The notes below the pieces were generated by a model. That model was not told the DNA's origin, did not search any database, and was given only the letters and a program-made list of their open reading frames with translations. Source: a virus. From it: DNA of 64,000 nt. Made by a program: the position numbers and the translations under genes. Shown here piece after piece: positions 58,070-64,000 of this stretch (its first letter is position 1; each line of letters opens with the position of its first letter). Where the stretch lies: positions 1 to 64,000 of the IMG/VR virus record IMGVR_UViG_3300005293_000039. The stretch is one strand, 5' to 3'.

Positions 58070-58758
58070 CAGCTTGGAATTGCATAAAAGACCATGAACC
58101 GAGCCGATCCTGCCGCTGCGCCGCCGTCTGCATAGGTAATGATTAGCGACTCGGGACTACCCGGAGCCTCAACACCCGGATGAGCCTCGAATACTGTTGT
58201 GGCTGCTTGGGTCAGATCAATATCAGTAGCCGCAAGGTACTTAGAGGTTTGGCCAACGATGCCGACCGATGCGGAGGGTGTTCCATCAAACGCCTCATCA
58301 ATGACGACCTGAACCTTGTCAACTACCGCCCCGGCCGGCAACGTGAACATTGCGACGGGCGATGTGTCGCCAAAGTTCAAAACCGTCTCATCGATCTTGT
58401 CATCGGCGTCAGTGCTCGCCGCGCTAATCCAGCTCAGCACGCCCGATCCATCAGTCGATAAGACTTGGCTGGGCGATCCGTCATCAGGCGGCAATGTCAG
58501 CGTGACCGCGGCCGCCATTCCGCTTGCGGGACGCTGGACAGTGTACTTCCAGTCGGCACCTGATCCAGCAGCATCCGAGTTAATGTCGAACCCGTTCCCG
58601 CTGATGTTCATTTTCGATGCGGTAACTTCAGCGTCCGCTGAGTCGCCCGGATTTCTGACCGCCAGATTGCCACCGGAGTTTTTTAATCGTGGGCCAGTGA
58701 AGCCAATTCTGAAAAAGGCTTTGGTTGTACCCAGTAGGTCTTGCCAGATAGAGGCCAT
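58069..58758 (-). CDS. Virion accessory protein
   Basis: VTLTLP..DG...QVLSTDGSG.LSW fibre motif. Confidence 0.55.
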   Translation of the reverse strand: MASIWQDLLGTTKAFFRIGFTGPRLKNSGGNLAVRNPGDSADAEVTASKMNISGNGFDINSDAAGSGADWKYTVQRPASGMAAAVTLTLPPDDGSPSQVLSTDGSGVLSWISAASTDADDKIDETVLNFGDTSPVAMFTLPAGAVVDKVQVVIDEAFDGTPSASVGIVGQTSKYLAATDIDLTQAATTVFEAHPGVEAPGSPESLIITYADGGAAAGSARFMVFYAIPS

Positions 58759-58778
58759 TTCATTTGCTCCTTAAGTCT

Positions 58779-59264
58779 TTACGTTTGCATTTCCACAACA
58801 ACCAATCCTGACCCCTGGGAGGCTCCCAAGCCGGGACTGATAAATAACAAAACCTGCATGTCCGTTTCGTAGTAGAGATTCGGCGTTACTTGATAAGCCG
58901 CCTCTTCGCTTGGATTGTTTTCGAATGAGTTCATCAACAATGCTGGGTTGTCCCCGTCCCCGATCGTTAAAGAGGGAGTTTCGCCATCAAAGGGTGTTTC
59001 GATAAAGATCGCGATGCGTTCAATCAGTTTCCCCGCAACTGCCATAAAAAGATCTGTCGGCGTGGCATCACCAAAAGAAAAGGGAATCTCTATGCGGGGT
59101 GTTCCAGCCGAACCGGGGATACCCTGCAATCCTTGTGGTCCTGATGGTCCCTGTATCCCGCGAATAACAACCTGAACATCCTTCTTTTCAATCGTGATTT
59201 GCTGGCCAGATCGAAAAGTCACGATCTGTTTCTTGGGCTGTATTGTGACTGTTTCTACAGGCAC
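58779..59264 (-). CDS. Virion accessory protein with short collagen repeat
   Basis: GIQGPSGPQGLQGIPG; C-terminal domain resembles that of 58069..58758. Confidence 0.55.
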   Translation of the reverse strand: MPVETVTIQPKKQIVTFRSGQQITIEKKDVQVVIRGIQGPSGPQGLQGIPGSAGTPRIEIPFSFGDATPTDLFMAVAGKLIERIAIFIETPFDGETPSLTIGDGDNPALLMNSFENNPSEEAAYQVTPNLYYETDMQVLLFISPGLGASQGSGLVVVEMQT

Positions 59265-59602
59265 GCTTTCTTAATCCTCGCCCTGCCGGTTAGCCAACTA
59301 AAATCTCTGTGTCCATCCGTGTAAGTAACGCTCCAGCAAAAATCGGCCGCCTCCCATTGGTACGCAGCGATTTCTTCCATCAATACCTCAAAGCCGATTA
59401 CCCCATCGGATGGCATTGTTAATTTAGTGTTTTCTAGACTCCATATAACGGGTTCAAGCACAGTCCCTTCTGGGCTCTTGTCAGGATGGAAGGTTAGCTG
59501 TGTATTACTAAAAACAACGGGCGAACCATTTCCGTCTGTAACGGTGACTTGCTCTTCCCAATAGTCGGCATCCTGTTTGAGCTCGATGGTCCAGCCAATC
59601 AT
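59255..59602 (-). CDS. BppU-like adaptor protein
   Basis: About 115 aa beta-sandwich pattern ending WLTGRARI. Confidence 0.45.
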   Translation of the reverse strand: MIGWTIELKQDADYWEEQVTVTDGNGSPVVFSNTQLTFHPDKSPEGTVLEPVIWSLENTKLTMPSDGVIGFEVLMEEIAAYQWEAADFCWSVTYTDGHRDFSWLTGRARIKKACL

Positions 59603-59607
59603 TCATT

Positions 59608-61437
59608 TCACCGTACATTCACCATCACAGTCTGAGATCCACACGGACCACTCACTACAACACTGCTGGATTTCTTCTTTGCCTGAAGTCCAAATTCAAC
59701 AATCACACTCGATCCACTTATCGATCGTGACGTTGGCGGATCTACAGTTACCTGTCCGCTTGTCTGTGTAGCGTTCAACGTCGACGGCGAACTAAATCCC
59801 GATAGATTCACCACGAGCTTTCCACTACTCCATTGAGTCAACACAGGACTATTAACTGTCATCATGCAGGAGATTGGCGTAGGGACAGGCGTTGGACTCG
59901 GGATTGGTGACGGCGTAGGCTGCGGGGTTGGCGTCGCCGTCGGAGTAGGAGTCGGGGAAGGTGAGGGGAGCGGGGTCGGGGTTGCAATAGGCGTCGGCGA
60001 CGGAGTTGGCACGTTCCCATTTGCGGAATAACCCGGTACAAGTGCGTCTGTACCTTTGAATCCCACCAAGCCACTTAGATCCACCGGAAAGAAATTACCT
60101 GCTGGATAGATGCGCTCGAGCGCTCCAGCTATCACATTTCCCGAAACTACTGCTAAGGGAAAGTAAGTGTTAACTGTCGCGGTTCCTTCTTCGGTACCGT
60201 CTCCCTTAATTCCAAAACTGTTGGGTGATCGCAGCGTTGCATTATTGCGATAGATGAAATTTAGCGACGGTTGGCCAGTGGCCACAATGAAGTTCCCGCC
60301 CTGCAAGTGCGTGTTGTGCTCAATCGTGACGTTGTTATAGCTCGCGACAACTAGCCACCAGTTCTTTATGTCAGTGAATAAGTTGTTGCTTATCAGTAGA
60401 CCTGTACTCTGTTGCGAGACGTTTGGACTGTCCTTACCGAGTAACTGAATGCCTTGTTCTGTGCCCTTAACAGTGTTGTTGGTGAATTGAATGTTCTCCA
60501 GAATCGCCCAAGGTGCGCCGCCGTCCTGATTTCTGACTGTAAACAACACTCCGTAGCCAATCTGCGCATCGCCCCAGGAGTTCTCAAGTGTGTTGCCGTC
60601 AATTACTACGTTTCGGCCCATCTTGATTTCTATAAGGTTTTTAATGGACCAGTGAATTCCCGCATAGGCAGGATCACCGACCTTCCATCGTAGCGGCTTG
60701 AAGGCGTAGTTGTTGCGGATCTCAATGTTCGACGGAATAAGGTTCTGAATGGAGGGATCGGCGCCGCCAAAGAGGATGTTTTCGCCGGCCGCCTCGAGAT
60801 AATTGTTAACAATGTGAAGCGGTCCCGGCCCGTTCCATCCACACAGTGCCTGTGTGTCGTATCCAGTACCGTGAATCTCATTGATGTACGAGTCTGAAAT
60901 GGTTATCTCTGAGCCATTAAGACTTACGCCGCGCTGCACTTCTTGAGTGCTATAGCCGTGTATCCAGCTCCGGCTGATTTCAATGTTGCTGGGAACTTCT
61001 GTCGCTGTTTGTATGCTTGTGCCGATCTGAAATAGGTCGTAGACCTTGGCATTTGTGGATGTGGCTACGTCTACTCCAATCAATCGCCAGTGGTGACTTC
61101 CCGGAGATGTCTTAATTACCGGCGCGGCAGTATCTACCGTGCTATTGCGCAAGGCCGCGAACAAGGATGCCTGTGCGGGATTGACTCGCGTTCCCGCCGG
61201 AAGTTCTGACGCACGCGAACTTTGAATAGTAATGAACGCGGTTCCTGATTTGTTCGGAAGGATGAACCCACCTGAATAAACAGCTCCTGCGTCAACGATG
61301 ATCGTGTCGCCGGATTGTGCGGCATTAATCGCCGCCTGGAGATCGCCGCCCGCGGGGACAACAATCGTCTCGGCCAAACAGGCCACGGAGCAAAATAACA
61401 GCAGTACTGCTGATCGTAAGATTGGCTTAACTACCAT
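59608..61437 (-). CDS. Secreted right-handed beta-helix (pectate lyase-like) protein with Pro/Thr linker
   Basis: Signal peptide ending ACLA; [16 protein letters not shown]; repeated N-I-x-I-x-N-N; long PT/PS tract. Confidence 0.8.
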   Translation of the reverse strand: MVVKPILRSAVLLLFCSVACLAETIVVPAGGDLQAAINAAQSGDTIIVDAGAVYSGGFILPNKSGTAFITIQSSRASELPAGTRVNPAQASLFAALRNSTVDTAAPVIKTSPGSHHWRLIGVDVATSTNAKVYDLFQIGTSIQTATEVPSNIEISRSWIHGYSTQEVQRGVSLNGSEITISDSYINEIHGTGYDTQALCGWNGPGPLHIVNNYLEAAGENILFGGADPSIQNLIPSNIEIRNNYAFKPLRWKVGDPAYAGIHWSIKNLIEIKMGRNVVIDGNTLENSWGDAQIGYGVLFTVRNQDGGAPWAILENIQFTNNTVKGTEQGIQLLGKDSPNVSQQSTGLLISNNLFTDIKNWWLVVASYNNVTIEHNTHLQGGNFIVATGQPSLNFIYRNNATLRSPNSFGIKGDGTEEGTATVNTYFPLAVVSGNVIAGALERIYPAGNFFPVDLSGLVGFKGTDALVPGYSANGNVPTPSPTPIATPTPLPSPSPTPTPTATPTPQPTPSPIPSPTPVPTPISCMMTVNSPVLTQWSSGKLVVNLSGFSSPSTLNATQTSGQVTVDPPTSRSISGSSVIVEFGLQAKKKSSSVVVSGPCGSQTVMVNVR

Positions 61438-61567
61438 TCGCGCCTAACTTTCTGGACAAAGACCGAAGAGGAGTAAGTTCTCCGGTCCTTCCCCCATAGA
61501 ACACAATCGCAAACACCAAAGAACAACCGATCTCTCGATCAGTATTCGCCTCGTTGGCGAATTTCGT

Positions 61568-61885
61568 TTAAGAACCCATTCTGTCTTCCAACGCATCAAA
61601 TAGCGCGAACATCTCATCAACCATCTCGGAAGAGTTTTTGAATCCATTCGCGCCCGTTCCTGCGGGCCTGGTTCCGCTAACCGCGTCCATCATTTCGTGT
61701 TGGAGTTTCGAGATCGGCTCAGTATCGGCATAGCTCAATCTGTCGCGGTAGTACATCATTAGATTAGTCGCTGTTTGTGACGCTGCGCGGATCATTTCAA
61801 ATCCACTGCTCGCGAGGGCCACACCGATTCGCCCATTGCAGATGATGATGTAAGTTGCGCGGGACGCTGGGGGAACTTCTGACAT
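61568..61885 (-). CDS. Hypothetical protein
   Basis: AGGAG RBS, operon-consistent. Confidence 0.5.
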   Translation of the reverse strand: MSEVPPASRATYIIICNGRIGVALASSGFEMIRAASQTATNLMMYYRDRLSYADTEPISKLQHEMMDAVSGTRPAGTGANGFKNSSEMVDEMFALFDALEDRMGS

Positions 61886-61894
61886 TGACTTCTC

Positions 61895-62437
61895 CTATTG
61901 CTGGTTTCCACCAGCTTTCTTGATTCGCTCTAGAGCGTCTAATTGTTGCTGAGTGAGCATGCCTTCGATCTTTTTCTGATTGCCGTTCATGACCTCGCGC
62001 CAAGCTTTGGCCTCGGCTGAATCCGCTTTGCGCTCCGCCGACTCTGCCATCGCCGCTTCCTTGGCAAGCCGAAGTTCAGTCTTCATTTCGATCATCATGT
62101 CGCGCTGATCTGCGGAGCGCCACGATGATTGAATGCCGTAACCTATGGCACCCGTAAGGATCGCGATCACGAACCATTTCGGCATGGTGATGCTGTCAAC
62201 CGATTTGTTAACCGTCACGGGCTCCCACTCCCTAGCAAATCGATACCACCAACTACGCAAGCGATCGCGCCACTGCTGTTTAGCCGGAAGACTTTCAGGC
62301 AGGTGCAATACTTCTTGCATCTTCCTGCTTGAGCTTCGGCCATTCGAGTGTGTGAAGTTAGGATTGTCAACTTGCGCTAACGCCATGCCTTGTTTGTGCA
62401 AATCCTTAAATCGATCGAAGTGCTGTCGTTCATCCAC
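61895..62437 (-). CDS. Membrane-anchored coiled-coil protein (lysis region); start uncertain
   Basis: WFVIAILTGAIGYGI TM followed by a charged helix. Confidence 0.55.
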   Translation of the reverse strand: MDERQHFDRFKDLHKQGMALAQVDNPNFTHSNGRSSSRKMQEVLHLPESLPAKQQWRDRLRSWWYRFAREWEPVTVNKSVDSITMPKWFVIAILTGAIGYGIQSSWRSADQRDMMIEMKTELRLAKEAAMAESAERKADSAEAKAWREVMNGNQKKIEGMLTQQQLDALERIKKAGGNQQ

Positions 62438-62594
62438 ACGATTTAACCGATCTGCTCTTTCCCTCCAACGGGGGATTAGGTTAATGTTTCCCGCCGCTCG
62501 CTGGCTTGGCCTCGCAAGTTGGGCCAGCGGGTGACGGCTGCGAGCGTTCTTTCGGGGGCGCTCGCGCCTCCACTTTCATGATACGTTTTCAAGT

Positions 62595-63032
62595 TCATCT
62601 CACTACTAACCTTTGAAACGCATAGGTAATGATTGCCAACACCAACGCGCCAATTACCAGCCGCGATAACCACATCATTGACGACTTCAGTTCGGCAAGG
62701 TCAGTTGCATTCGTCTTAATATCCGAGGCCATTGCTATCATTCGCTCGCTATCGGTCTGCCGCTGAGTTCGTAGTTCTTCATGTGCCGGGCGATAGACAT
62801 CAACTCTCACGAACTCAACCCGGTCCTTCTCAACCGCCTTTCGCAGCTCGTTCAACTCGTTCAATCGCCTGTCTAATTGCACCAGCGCGACTTCCAGCGC
62901 TTTTTGCTGGGCCTGCTGGTCCTTGGCGGTCAACTCTTTTAGGTGCGCAATTTCCCTGTCCAACTGAGCCGTAGTCAGCAGGGTCGGATCGGGAATAGGA
63001 CGCCAGTCTTGATTGTTGTCGTCGGGCTTCAT
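62595..63032 (-). CDS. Coiled-coil protein with C-terminal TM
   Basis: PIPDPTLLTT motif, heptads, WLSRLVIGALVLAIITYAF. Confidence 0.65.
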   Translation of the reverse strand: MKPDDNNQDWRPIPDPTLLTTAQLDREIAHLKELTAKDQQAQQKALEVALVQLDRRLNELNELRKAVEKDRVEFVRVDVYRPAHEELRTQRQTDSERMIAMASDIKTNATDLAELKSSMMWLSRLVIGALVLAIITYAFQRLVVR

Positions 63033-63050
63033 TCACTAGCCGCACTGCTT

Positions 63051-63209
63051 TCAATACTTGCCATTAACAAGCGATGTGATCTTGTCATTCGTATCCGTCA
63101 CCACTGTTTGATTCGCTCGATGTTCTCGATTGCTCCAGAGACGGCAGAACACCACCACAATGATCGTGGTAACGTTGGAAATCAGGGCAATAGTTACAGC
63201 TTCGCTCAT
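63051..63209 (-). CDS. Small single-TM holin-like protein (not in ORF track)
   Basis: MSEAVTIALISNVTTIIVVVFCRLWS...LVNGKY. Confidence 0.55.
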   Translation of the reverse strand: MSEAVTIALISNVTTIIVVVFCRLWSNREHRANQTVVTDTNDKITSLVNGKY

Positions 63210-63367
63210 CCAATTAAGTACGCCAGTGCGAGGGCAGCGATTAAAGCAAGCTCAAAGGCACCCTTGCCCATCATCCAGAGTACAAATGCTCCTACCAGCA
63301 CAAGCAGCACCAAGATGAACCCGATGCCGCTTGATTGATAGGTCTTTCCATTGACTACGATCGCCAT
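63206..63367 (-). CDS. Small two-TM holin-like protein (not in ORF track)
   Basis: MAIVVNGKTYQSSGIGFILVLLVLVGAFVLWMMGKGAFELALIAALALAYLIG; ATGA overlap. Confidence 0.55.
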   Translation of the reverse strand: MAIVVNGKTYQSSGIGFILVLLVLVGAFVLWMMGKGAFELALIAALALAYLIG

Positions 63368-63379
63368 GGAGTGCTTCTC

Positions 63380-63607
63380 CTACGCCGGTGGTGCGGCTGG
63401 AGTGTTAGCCGTCACTGCCGCTGCAAGCGCATCGGTCTGAGCTGAAAGGTCGGCTGAGAGTTGCGCGGTTACAGTATCGTCGGCGAGATTGTCTGCCGCC
63501 ACTGCATCAGCCACCTTCTGCGCAATGCCGTTAAGCATAGCGATTGCTGAAGCTGCGACATCCGCATTGCGTGTTACCTCTGCTTGTAGCTGTGAAAAGT
63601 CTGCCAT
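63380..63607 (-). CDS. Ala-rich helical phage protein
   Basis: LQAEVTRN..V..SAI.MLNG...LAAAVTANTP; AGGAG RBS. Confidence 0.65.
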   Translation of the reverse strand: MADFSQLQAEVTRNADVAASAIAMLNGIAQKVADAVAADNLADDTVTAQLSADLSAQTDALAAAVTANTPAAPPA

Positions 63608-63617
63608 TTTAGTCTCC

Positions 63618-63992
63618 TTATGATTGATTGGATTGAACCGCAGCGTCGATCGCGTTGGTTGTTGATTTAAGTTCAGCGGTGAACTTGTCGATTTGCTCTT
63701 GTACCTGAGCTGAGTTGTCGTTGGGGGTTGACGCCGCTAGGGCAATCGCCGCCAGCCACTTACCGATGTTGTCAGACATGGTGGCGATGGACTCGTTGAT
63801 CGCCGTCAGCTTCATGCCGACTTCAGTTCTTAGTTGGGAGATTTCAGCGGCAACACTGGTATCGGGGTCGGATACGTTCTCAGCTAGCTTATTGATCGCT
63901 CCGTCAATCCCGCCCAGCTTCGTGTCCAGCGCCTCGAACTGCTTAGCGTCAAGACCGAACGCTATTGCTAGCTGTCTATTGCCATCGTCCAT
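63618..63992 (-). CDS. Helical coiled-coil protein
   Basis: Operon-consistent ORF; may extend beyond the window. Confidence 0.55.
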   Translation of the reverse strand: MDDGNRQLAIAFGLDAKQFEALDTKLGGIDGAINKLAENVSDPDTSVAAEISQLRTEVGMKLTAINESIATMSDNIGKWLAAIALAASTPNDNSAQVQEQIDKFTAELKSTTNAIDAAVQSNQS

Positions 63993-64000
63993 TTTTATTC

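Noticed and set aside
59862-60010. Tandem repeat or array in the GGCGT/GGAGT-rich tract
   Set aside because: Explained by the Pro-Thr linker codons

Overview
The window is a large part of a temperate, long non-contractile-tailed dsDNA phage or prophage. No integrase, endolysin or host genes are visible. Layout: (i) 1-14010, leftward early operon with radical SAM, a captured antisense tnpB, DNA methyltransferase, SNF2-like helicase, LexA-type wHTH, HNH, SSB, exonuclease and CII-like genes, plus two long structured non-coding blocks; (ii) 14010-14815, immunity switch with two divergent ribbon-helix-helix-type regulators, GTATAC operators and a catalytically dead mini-UmuD; (iii) 14859-27010, rightward accessory operon of many small, often Cys-rich proteins, two free-standing HNH endonucleases and morons; (iv) 27051-53131, leftward morphogenesis operon (TerS, intein-containing TerL, portal, scaffold, capsid, neck, tail tube, frameshifted chaperone, tape measure, tail tip); (v) 53321 to the end, extra virion-like genes, a sigma factor, a secreted beta-helix protein and membrane/lysis-type genes. 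The strongest leads are the 630-bp structured non-coding element where a replication initiator would normally be, the tandem array of tRNA-like RNAs at 9.2-10 kb, and the RHH-repressor plus dead-UmuD switch. All protein calls are by motif recognition and all RNA structures by manual base-pairing; no database search or folding program was run.
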